From an uncultured Alphaproteobacteria bacterium (GTDB lineage Bacteria; Pseudomonadota; Alphaproteobacteria; RF32; CAG-239): a stretch of 64,000 nucleotides of DNA. Location of the stretch: the NCBI GenBank assembly GCA_944391425.1, contig CALXTO010000005.1, positions 293 through 64,292 on the forward strand, in the 5' to 3' direction. Within the stretch, counting starts at the first letter, position 1. The number at the start of each line of letters is the position of its first letter. Below, one piece after another: positions 54,983 to 63,120 of the stretch. Under the pieces are notes generated by a model that had not been told where the DNA came from, searched no databases, and was given only the letters and a program-made list of their open reading frames with translations. Both the position numbers and the translations under genes were made by a program.

Positions 54983-56266
54983 TTACATGTTCTTCTGCAA
55001 ATGTTTGTTTGTTTTCAGGGTCTTGATGATTCTCGGAACCATGAAAACAACCGTTTCGGATTTAGGTTTGCTGACGCCGAAAATTCCGTTGGGAATTCCG
55101 ATAACCAAAAAATTCTCGCCAAGTTTGCTGCGAATATCAAATTGCGTAATTTCCCCGTTTTTAGATTCCAGAGTTATACTTGAAAATATTTTGTCGTTTT
55201 GTTCAAAAGACGCTTTTGCCAGAATGGAAAGATAAGATTCCATCGACTGGCGGCTGGCGCATTTTCCGATATCAAAACGGGAAAACCACAAGTTGGGTAC
55301 GACAAATTTTCCTTCCGCAACGAGTTTAACTTGGGCTTGTTGTCCCAAAAAAGCACGCAGACTGTCAACGTTAATATCGTTAGAGGTTGTCAAAATCCGC
55401 CCCAAAACGCCGGGCTTTGTGCTTTTGATGGAACCGAATTCAAAGGTATTTAACAACTGCTGCCACTCAATATCCTGATTGTTATACGGATATAATGTAA
55501 ATACTCTGACGTCAAAAGCAATAAGAATTGGATTTTCTTCAAAATAGCCGATCAGGTTTACAATTTGGTTTTTCAATTCATAATCGGCGTCAAAGGTAAT
55601 GGTGTAATCGTCAAAATCCGCCGTAAAATCGGTAATCCCGGCGCCTCGTAAAACATCCAGTATTGCCAGCAAAATTGGCCGGGATTGCGGCACGTAAAGA
55701 CTGAAATTGGCTTTACGGCTGATGCGCAGCGTTTTGTTGTTGGCATCATAAGTATAATAAATTTCAGCAGCCTGGGTAATCACATCAATAACTTCAGTCA
55801 GTTCTCCCCGCAGATTTTCGGCCGAGATACTGGCATAAGGTGCATCTTTGGCAACAAGTTTGATGCCGGCTTCCTTAGTCAGCTTGAGCAGAGCGCGTTC
55901 TGCCGGCATAGTTTCAAAAGAAAAGCCGTTAACCTCAAAACGCGGCAAAAGGTCATTAATCCCGTTCCTTTGCAGATTAAAAGCTTTCAGATTATACGGG
56001 ATGGTTGAGATCATTTGCTGGGTGTTCCAGTTGACAAAGCAACGCAGGGGCGTTTCCAGATCAAGCTGATTGGCGCCTTTTGGGGTGCGGATTTCCGGAT
56101 AAGTGGCTTTTTCCATCGTTGCGGTATATACGGGAGTTTGCGAAACTTCTTCCGTAACCGTATTAACGGCGTTGCGGTCGCCGCTGCAGGCGCCGGCCGT
56201 CAAAAAAAGCGCGGAAACAAACAGGTATTTTATTTTCGTTCTTATCATGACCTTATTTTGCTCCAT
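54983..56266 (-). CDS. short secretin-like outer-membrane lipoprotein
   Basis: Lipobox LTAGA-C. STN/N0-like FSFETMPAERALLKLTKEAGIKLV and an N1-like LAILDVLRGAGITDFTADFDDYTITFDADYELKNQIVNLIGYF. The secretin-type C-terminus is FLVIGIPNGIFGVSKPKSETVVFMVPRII (compare IP.LG.LF........ElvifiTPrii). An alternative start is at 56248. Confidence 0.5.
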   Translation of the reverse strand: MEQNKVMIRTKIKYLFVSALFLTAGACSGDRNAVNTVTEEVSQTPVYTATMEKATYPEIRTPKGANQLDLETPLRCFVNWNTQQMISTIPYNLKAFNLQRNGINDLLPRFEVNGFSFETMPAERALLKLTKEAGIKLVAKDAPYASISAENLRGELTEVIDVITQAAEIYYTYDANNKTLRISRKANFSLYVPQSRPILLAILDVLRGAGITDFTADFDDYTITFDADYELKNQIVNLIGYFEENPILIAFDVRVFTLYPYNNQDIEWQQLLNTFEFGSIKSTKPGVLGRILTTSNDINVDSLRAFLGQQAQVKLVAEGKFVVPNLWFSRFDIGKCASRQSMESYLSILAKASFEQNDKIFSSITLESKNGEITQFDIRSKLGENFLVIGIPNGIFGVSKPKSETVVFMVPRIIKTLKTNKHLQKNM

Positions 56267-56945
56267 TTTGTGGCAAAGGGTTAGAAGCCGGATTTATGGT
56301 TTTTTGAGTTTGGTTTTGCCCCGACTGCTGAGGCCTTTGCGGATGTCCCTGTGCTTGCTGCGGTCGTGCCTGTTGAGGCTGTCCGGGCTGTTGGGCGTGC
56401 TGCGGCTGATTTTGCTGCGGCCGCGGCTGTTGCGGTTGAGGCTTGGACTGTGTTTGCGGTTTTTGAGGCGCATTATGCTGTTGGTTGTGCAACAGTTTGT
56501 CAACGACCTCATCCATGGACATTCCCGCGCCGACGGTCGGGTCAACGGACTTGTCTATGGCTCCCAGCGCCTCTTTCATCTTGTTAAGTTCATCCTGGTC
56601 CTGTTTAATCATTTCAGGCGAAGCATTATTTTTCAGTTCGGTTTTAAATTCGTTGAGATTTTTTTTCAGGGCATTGATTCCGCCGGCCAGCTTTTTTTCA
56701 ACATAAGAATACAAGTCGGGATGCGCAATGATATAGTCGCCCGTTTCGCTGATTTCTTCAAGAATGTCAAGGATATATCCGTAGAAAGGATATTCTTCCA
56801 TGGCAATGTTTCCCTGCCGGACGCAACGCGCGGCAATGCGGGAAATCGTACGGTCATAATAATCTTTCAGCAAAACGTAGTTGTCAACATACCAGGTGTC
56901 TCCCTGCGTATTTTTACCGCTGCTGAAAGAATTATTCGCTTCCAT
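56253..56945 (-). CDS. hypothetical protein with helical N-domain and Gln/Pro-rich tail
   Basis: SD AAGGAG 9 nt upstream. No signal peptide or TM. The last ~85 aa are almost only Q/P/H/A/N. It overlaps the downstream lipoprotein gene. Confidence 0.5.
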   Translation of the reverse strand: MEANNSFSSGKNTQGDTWYVDNYVLLKDYYDRTISRIAARCVRQGNIAMEEYPFYGYILDILEEISETGDYIIAHPDLYSYVEKKLAGGINALKKNLNEFKTELKNNASPEMIKQDQDELNKMKEALGAIDKSVDPTVGAGMSMDEVVDKLLHNQQHNAPQKPQTQSKPQPQQPRPQQNQPQHAQQPGQPQQARPQQAQGHPQRPQQSGQNQTQKTINPASNPLPQNGAK

Positions 56946-57014
56946 TTGTAGTTACTCCTTATCGACTGCTTTCTTTTAATTTAATTGAGCAATAGAGCTT
57001 TGTAAATTATTATT

Positions 57015-59309
57015 TTAATCTTGTAGAATACTATTTTTATACGGATCGGTCCGGTTGTTTTCCGCAGCTGAATCTTTTATGGCCTGATGAGGATAAGGCA
57101 TTGCGGAGACAGCCTCTCCTCCCGAAACGGCGGCAGGATTGCTGACGGCTTTCTGGAAGAACAGGTTACCGCTGCAAATGGAGCTTTGTGCGGCAATGGG
57201 CTGTAAATTATCACTGTGAAAAGACACGTTTTCGGGCGAGGGCGTTTCCTCGACATACTCCCATTCCCAGTCTTGCCCTTCAACACCTTCTTCATCATTT
57301 GAGGGGGCTTCCGTTTGATGTTCGTCACCGGGTTGTTCTTTATCCGGGCTGCCGAATCCCCAATCATCGGAAACGTCCGTCATTACGGATGCCGGCGTTT
57401 CGTCGGTAAAGGTTCCCCAGTCATTGCCGTCGTTTTCTGTCGTATCCAGCCACATATTCTCGCTTTTAGGGGCATCATACTCTGTTTCCGGACGAAAAGG
57501 CTCATCATCATTGTCGCTTTCCGAAAAATCATTTTCAATTGCATCACTGTCTGCGGCATCAGCCGTTTCTTCTTCCGGAAGCGGTTCGGTGGTCGACGGT
57601 TCGACGGGTGCAAATATACCGGTTTCAAACGTCTCGTCGTTTTCGGGCAGATATTCTGCAACATCTTCCGGCTCATCCGCTGTAAAATCTGCAATCGGAA
57701 ATTCGGTATTTTTTTCTTCGCTCGGCAACTGAAAATCGCTGTCACTTTCCCAGGAAACGGCAACAGATTCAGCCGGTTCTGGCAAGGCATCTTCAATATT
57801 TTTCTTTTTCTTCTTTTTTTTCTTCTTTTTCTTGGGAGCCGGAGTTTCCGTTTCGGCAAAGGCCGGAGAAGCTTCTTCTTCAAAGACGGGAGTTGCCGGA
57901 ATTTCTTCTTCCGGAACAAGATTGTCCGTTGCCCGGAGTTCTCCGCTGTCGGCCGCCGACAGGTAGGGGGGCAGCGGGGCATTGATGACAATCGGTTTCG
58001 AGCCTAGAGCGTCGATAATGTTTTGCGTGGATATTTTCTGACTCTCTTTCAAGGCAACAGAAATAATGGCGGAAAGTTCCTTCGTTTGTGCCTGAGCGAC
58101 CTCCCGGTATAATTGCGACTGAGCTTTCACAATCGTGTCGACCATTGCTTCCAGATTGTTGTTATTGGCCGTTTGGATAGAGGCAAGTTTATCGACAATC
58201 AGATTCAGCTGCGGTGCATAGTCTGCCGTATTAATCTGAATGTTATTAGCGTTGTTGTTATTGGCGGCCGCGTTTCCGGAATTTGTGTTCAGCGTGTTGT
58301 GCTGAATCATCATCTGCACCAGTTTTTGCTGGGAATCATTAATAAGCTTGGCAATTTCCAGAGTATCGTTTTTCTGTCTTTCGTTTACGCTGTTCAATGC
58401 CTTGGCAAAATTTGCCTGAGCCTGATCCAGATATTTTGCAAAATCCTGTCCGTTTCCGCTATTGGCTTGTTGTGCGGCAGCTTCTACTTTTGCCAGACGT
58501 CCGGCAATTTGCTGCTGGCTGTCCAAAAGCATACGGATCAGTTGTTTGGTTTCTTCGCTAATTTTGGGCTGCGGAACGGCGGCGGTTTGTGTCCCCTGTC
58601 CGGAAGCGCTTCCCATTTCAGCGATTTTTGCTTGTGAATCGCTCAACATTTTGGAGATGGTCATCATATCTTCACGGCGTTCGTTGTTTTCGCTTTGCAA
58701 AACCTTGACGATTTCCAATTGGGTCTGTCCTAGGGTATTGATGATGTTTTTAATATCGTCCTTTTGTTCGGCATTGTTTTTCTGCATGGCAGCTGCCAGT
58801 ACGGAAGCAAATTCTTGGGCAAAGCCTTTGTCCATGGACAGGTGAGCTGTTGTTGCCACGGCCGGTGCTGCAGCCGCAGCCATAATCGGAGCGGCAGCCG
58901 GTTGAGGAGCCGGTGCGGCCTGTATTTTGGCGGCAGCCTGAACCTGTGCTTCGGCCAGAGCTGTTGCCAGAATCTTGGCTTTTGAAACTTCTTCGTCGGC
59001 AATTTCCGCCGATATGGCGGCAGTCGGTTGGACAGCTTTTGCCAGCCCGGCCTTTTCCGACAGTTCATCAACATAATCCTGCAAAACGGCTCCGCCTGGC
59101 AGGGAGCTGAAAAGCCCGCGGATTTCTGCCGGAAGCTCCAGCAACATCTTATTGAAAGCTTCTTTCTTTTCAGCACTGAAAATATGCAGCTGCCGGTAAA
59201 TGTTCAAAAAGCGCTGAGCAACGATAACGGGATCTTCCTCCCCGTTTCGCTGAGCTTTTCTTCTGGCTTCCGATGTCCTGTCTTGTTCAAGCATTACCGT
59301 TTTTTTCAA
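57015..59309 (-). CDS. large low-complexity protein (Ala/Gln coiled regions, K11 tract, acidic Trp-containing tail)
   Basis: 764-aa ORF with no signal peptide or TM. The tracked start is a TTG at 59309; the first ATG is at 59294, and neither has a clear SD. It is the first gene of the cluster ending at 54191. Confidence 0.5.
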   Translation of the reverse strand: MKKTVMLEQDRTSEARRKAQRNGEEDPVIVAQRFLNIYRQLHIFSAEKKEAFNKMLLELPAEIRGLFSSLPGGAVLQDYVDELSEKAGLAKAVQPTAAISAEIADEEVSKAKILATALAEAQVQAAAKIQAAPAPQPAAAPIMAAAAAPAVATTAHLSMDKGFAQEFASVLAAAMQKNNAEQKDDIKNIINTLGQTQLEIVKVLQSENNERREDMMTISKMLSDSQAKIAEMGSASGQGTQTAAVPQPKISEETKQLIRMLLDSQQQIAGRLAKVEAAAQQANSGNGQDFAKYLDQAQANFAKALNSVNERQKNDTLEIAKLINDSQQKLVQMMIQHNTLNTNSGNAAANNNNANNIQINTADYAPQLNLIVDKLASIQTANNNNLEAMVDTIVKAQSQLYREVAQAQTKELSAIISVALKESQKISTQNIIDALGSKPIVINAPLPPYLSAADSGELRATDNLVPEEEIPATPVFEEEASPAFAETETPAPKKKKKKKKKKKNIEDALPEPAESVAVSWESDSDFQLPSEEKNTEFPIADFTADEPEDVAEYLPENDETFETGIFAPVEPSTTEPLPEEETADAADSDAIENDFSESDNDDEPFRPETEYDAPKSENMWLDTTENDGNDWGTFTDETPASVMTDVSDDWGFGSPDKEQPGDEHQTEAPSNDEEGVEGQDWEWEYVEETPSPENVSFHSDNLQPIAAQSSICSGNLFFQKAVSNPAAVSGGEAVSAMPYPHQAIKDSAAENNRTDPYKNSILQD

Positions 59310-59370
59310 ATTACACTTTATCCATAATACCGATTCTAAGCGAATGATGTAAATTTCAGGTTAATAAAAC

Positions 59371-59402
59371 AAAAAAACCACCGGAATACGGTGGTTTTTT
59401 TT
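59371..59402 (-). terminator. intrinsic terminator after the XRE regulator gene
   Basis: AAAAAAA-CCACCG-gaata-CGGTGG-TTTTTTTT lies 16 nt beyond the stop at 59418. The symmetric A/T flanks could let it act in both directions. Confidence 0.75.
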
Positions 59403-59417
59403 AATAAATCTTCTGAT

Positions 59418-60389
59418 TTACAAACTGATGAAAACAACCTTATGGGCATGCATCAGTCCGTCATTGCCCAAATCTATTTTTTCCTCAGGATTCCAGCGGA
59501 TTCCGTATAATTGTCCTTCATCATCTTCGCGAATGGAAATAATCTGGGCTTCCGTGTCCGAAATATAATAAACGGCAATGTCTCCCACGCTGATAACTTC
59601 TTGCGGATCTACGTAAAGAATGGAACGCGTCGGCAACAGCGACCCCAGTCGACGGGTGCACAAATTAACGGCATAAGCTTCTTTTTTGTTGTACAATTGA
59701 GCCGGACGCTGAACTTTTTTAAGCTCTTCCTCAAAATTAATGATGACATTGCCGTCTTTGCCTGCTGTGCCGTAAACGGATATTTTCATGCCGTCGGGAG
59801 AGGCATTGCCGAAAGAGGCAATTGCGCCGCGCGGATTGGAAAGCAGTTTGTATTTCGCGTCATTGCGCTGGATAATTTCTTCCAGCATTCCTTTACTGTC
59901 CAAACTCTTGATTTCGTCCCGAAGCTCTTCCGGCGCCATTTTGAGAGCTTTGGCAATATTTTTGAATTCATTATCCGATACTTCGCGCTGTCCCATTTCA
60001 ATCCGGTGATAAACGGAAAGGGTCATGTCTGAACTTTCGGCAACTTCAATCAAAGTCAGATTTTTTTCATTGCGGATCTGGCGCAACCCGGCACCCAGAG
60101 TTTTCAAACCTGTCTTTTCATTGATTTTGTTGCGGCGTTCCTGCTCGCGGCGCCAAGCCTGAACAATCTCCTGCTGGGAGTTTTGTTCATTGACGAACAA
60201 TTCCTGTAGCGGGCAATCCAAAAATTCCGCCACACGTACCAACTGTTCCTGGTCAACCCGGCGATACCCTTTTTCAATTTTGGAAATCGCAGACAAGCTG
60301 ACTCCCAAATGATCTGCCAGCTCCTGCATTGAGCGGCCGCGCAGACGACGGTACATTCTGATTTGGTTGGGGAAAATAATTTCTTCCAT
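59418..60389 (-). CDS. XRE-family regulator with two HTH domains and an S24/LexA-like C-terminal domain
   Basis: HTH 1: IRMYRRLRGRSMQELADHLGVSLSAISKIEKGYRRV. HTH 2: LRQIRNEKNLTLIEVAESSDMTLSVYHRIEMGQREV. The C-terminal beta-rich ~110 aa (..ILYVDPQEVISVGDIAVYYISDTEAQIISI..) resemble a CI/LexA C-domain, but the catalytic Ser/Lys is not evident. Confidence 0.7.
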   Translation of the reverse strand: MEEIIFPNQIRMYRRLRGRSMQELADHLGVSLSAISKIEKGYRRVDQEQLVRVAEFLDCPLQELFVNEQNSQQEIVQAWRREQERRNKINEKTGLKTLGAGLRQIRNEKNLTLIEVAESSDMTLSVYHRIEMGQREVSDNEFKNIAKALKMAPEELRDEIKSLDSKGMLEEIIQRNDAKYKLLSNPRGAIASFGNASPDGMKISVYGTAGKDGNVIINFEEELKKVQRPAQLYNKKEAYAVNLCTRRLGSLLPTRSILYVDPQEVISVGDIAVYYISDTEAQIISIREDDEGQLYGIRWNPEEKIDLGNDGLMHAHKVVFISL

Positions 60390-60531
60390 TTTGGATTACC
60401 TCACGAAAAATATAACACCAAATATCACTAAATGCATATTAATCGATCCGAAATATTAATCAAGAAAATAGTACAAAAAAAGACAATTTGTGTACAAATA
60501 TCAAAAATACTCCGGCCGGAACCCTGTTAAA

Positions 60532-63120
60532 TCAGAATTGGTCTTTGGTTCTGAATTCATACATATTGGCGTCTTTAAATTCATGATGTCCGCGAAGATA
60601 CTTTTGAATTTCCAAAGCTTTTTCCTCTCCGACGATTCCTTTTAGTTCGTCCCACGGCATATCTCTGAAACGCCCTTCCTGATAGTAGCGCTGATATTCC
60701 GAAGAAACGCCGTAAGATGTTTTAACGCTGTTTTCGTCGATTTTTCCGTCACGTTTTCCGTCTTCGGTCCGGAAAGAAGCCTTAGTGTTAATGATGCCGT
60801 TGGACGACAGAGTCGTTCCGCGGCCGCGGGCATCAATCGTGGTAAACTCGGTTGTCAACCGGTTGTTGGCGTCAAAGGACAGCTTGGCAATTGTTTTGGA
60901 ACCGTCGGCATTAATTTCTTCATAACCAATGCAGCGTCCGTTTCCGTCATAGATAGCTTTTTGCTGCGTATACATTTTGGCATTGATATTCATATTTGGC
61001 ATTCTCTGCCCGATGAGATCCTTAACGGCGGCGACAGCCATTTTGTCGCGCCCTTCCACACCTTGCGGAATATCAAGCATACTCATAGCCTTGTCTTTAT
61101 AGCGTCCCTGACGGTCAAAGGCCGACGATCCTTTAAGAGAATTGCGCACCGTTGAATCCCTTGTTCCGATAACCTTGCCGTCTTTGTCTAAATAAGTCTT
61201 TGAGGTCGTGCTGAACGTATCGTTTTTAATTTTGCTTTGTGTTACGGTGCCGACTTTGGTACCAAACCCCCAGTGGCGCTTGCCGTCTGCCTGAACTTTT
61301 CCCGGAATCCATGCGCGATTTGTTTTAACGGTATTTTTGGCCAGAGTGGTACTGCCGTCTGCATTTTCGGTCAAAACAAAAGTTTTGCGTCCGTTGCGGG
61401 AAGTGTAGGTATAGGTGTTTCCGACTTTGGTTCCTCTTTGTCTGGCGCGGTTGGTCTGATATTTCATAAGTGCCTGCCGGCCAAGTCCGGCAGTGCCGTG
61501 AACCAGATTTACAACGCCTTTGCTTGCCGCTTCTCCGGCAGTTTCGCGCAGCGGTTTGGTTGATTTCAAAGCCATGCCTTTGGCCATGGAACCGCCCATG
61601 GTGGCAATTTGGCTGCCGATGGAAGTATTGGAAATGCTGCCCGAGAAATTCCCGGCAAAGTCGCGTGCTTCAGCCATTACCGTCCACATCAAAATCAAAA
61701 CAAAACAAACTTCCAAAAACGCTTTTGAAAACCAGGCAAGTTCTTTTAAGATGTCTGCTATGTCACCACCGGTTCCGGCCAACAGATCATCCAGAGAACC
61801 GGTTGATTGCACGAGAATATTTTCAAAAGCCGTTGCCAGCATCAGGACAATCAACGACATAAACAAAAAGGCAAACATGGAGTTAAGAAAAGTTTCCCAA
61901 ACTTTTTTGGTGTATTTTTGCGTGCTTTTGAAAGCGAAAGCACCGATAGCCATCGGCAGCAAAGCGCCCGCCACGGCCAGCTGGATAACCGCATCGACCA
62001 TTAAAAACGGCACGGCGATAATCATAACCATGGCGCCGACCCACAGGCCCAGCCCGGTCAGAAAATAGCCCAAATGCGGAATAATAAAGGCTTTCCTTTC
62101 CCAAGAATAGCACATTGCCGCACTGCCCAATGCTTTGACGCGTGCCGCCCGTTGCTGGATCAGGGTCATGGTACAGATAATGCTGTCGCCCATGGATTTA
62201 GGCAGCGCGCCTTCACCCGTGGTATCATCATAAATGTTTGTCTCCGGGCAGGTGAAAGTTCCTTTTTTGCCATCTTGGGACGGGACGCCGACTTCCTGCG
62301 GCGAAACCGTTGCTTCGGCAATATTCATGCCTGTCTGAAAAACCGGATTCAAAATCAGATTCATAAAAGAGGAAACGCCGCCTTGCAGAATAAGTACGGC
62401 AATCATAACCAAAAAAGCCTGTCTGATGACTGATTGGGCCAAATCTTTAAAATCCCTGACTTCCAGCGTTGCGGTAAAATTCAGGACGGTTATAGCCAGC
62501 CAGATCGCAAAAGCGATAATAACAACCTTGATAACTGAACCAGAAAAGGTGTTAATGGATTGCAGGGTCATTTTGCTGGCGGTGTTGAACGCAACCTCCA
62601 ACAACCCGCAGAAAGTGCATTTTTCAATCTGCTTATAATAGCAGGATGGATGGCATTTATTTGTACCGGAACAAGGATCGATTTCAAAGTTTGCATACGA
62701 TGAAACAACTCGCGTTTCCAAATGCTTTTCACCGTCTTTTTCAGTGACCTTTAAACATGTCGCCACGCCAGGATCTGCTTCAATTTTGCAAATTTCACCA
62801 GGTTGACATACTCCGGACTGAAAAGGAGAGGATTTTGCTGTTTGAATACCGTTGGTATAAAGGCAGGCACAACGAACTTCTGTAGCAACGCCTTCCAAAC
62901 AATAAGGAAGAGTTTCTTCTTTTTCTACCATTGTTCCGTTTTCAAAAGTAAAAGATTTTACCGATGTGCTAGGTATAGGAAGAGGTTTGTTTCGGTCTAA
63001 AACAGGGATTGAGGCTGAAGCCAGAGAATCTGGTGTAAGATTTTGCGCATGAACGGTTGTCGTTGCGGAAAACAACGCAATGCATAAACTCAAAACAAAT
63101 ATGTTAATTATTCTGCTCAT
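60532..63120 (-). CDS. virB6: VirB6/TrbL-like polytopic protein with Cys-rich N-domain and ~380-aa hydrophilic C-terminal extension
   Basis: Signal peptide, a ~150-aa region with ~18 Cys and at least 6 TM helices (e.g. LGYFLTGLGLWVGAMVMIIAVPFLMVDAVIQLAVAGALLPMAIGAFAF), then a long Lys/Thr/Gly-rich tail. The ATGA overlap with the upstream paralogue and the T4SS context support the call. Confidence 0.6.
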   Translation of the reverse strand: MSRIINIFVLSLCIALFSATTTVHAQNLTPDSLASASIPVLDRNKPLPIPSTSVKSFTFENGTMVEKEETLPYCLEGVATEVRCACLYTNGIQTAKSSPFQSGVCQPGEICKIEADPGVATCLKVTEKDGEKHLETRVVSSYANFEIDPCSGTNKCHPSCYYKQIEKCTFCGLLEVAFNTASKMTLQSINTFSGSVIKVVIIAFAIWLAITVLNFTATLEVRDFKDLAQSVIRQAFLVMIAVLILQGGVSSFMNLILNPVFQTGMNIAEATVSPQEVGVPSQDGKKGTFTCPETNIYDDTTGEGALPKSMGDSIICTMTLIQQRAARVKALGSAAMCYSWERKAFIIPHLGYFLTGLGLWVGAMVMIIAVPFLMVDAVIQLAVAGALLPMAIGAFAFKSTQKYTKKVWETFLNSMFAFLFMSLIVLMLATAFENILVQSTGSLDDLLAGTGGDIADILKELAWFSKAFLEVCFVLILMWTVMAEARDFAGNFSGSISNTSIGSQIATMGGSMAKGMALKSTKPLRETAGEAASKGVVNLVHGTAGLGRQALMKYQTNRARQRGTKVGNTYTYTSRNGRKTFVLTENADGSTTLAKNTVKTNRAWIPGKVQADGKRHWGFGTKVGTVTQSKIKNDTFSTTSKTYLDKDGKVIGTRDSTVRNSLKGSSAFDRQGRYKDKAMSMLDIPQGVEGRDKMAVAAVKDLIGQRMPNMNINAKMYTQQKAIYDGNGRCIGYEEINADGSKTIAKLSFDANNRLTTEFTTIDARGRGTTLSSNGIINTKASFRTEDGKRDGKIDENSVKTSYGVSSEYQRYYQEGRFRDMPWDELKGIVGEEKALEIQKYLRGHHEFKDANMYEFRTKDQF

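Noticed and set aside
56103..56951. Plus-strand 282-aa ORF rich in Leu/Arg (LLRLRL...).
   Set aside because: It is a typical mirror of a Gln/Pro-rich (CAG/CCG) coding region. The minus-strand ORF 56253..56945 has a good SD and fits the operon, so the plus ORF is treated as a shadow.
57315..58007. ORFs 57315..58007 (+) and 57383..57991 (-, other frame) within the 764-aa gene.
   Set aside because: They are embedded alternative-frame or antisense ORFs in a low-complexity region. There is no independent start signal, and the longest frame is continuous with the operon.
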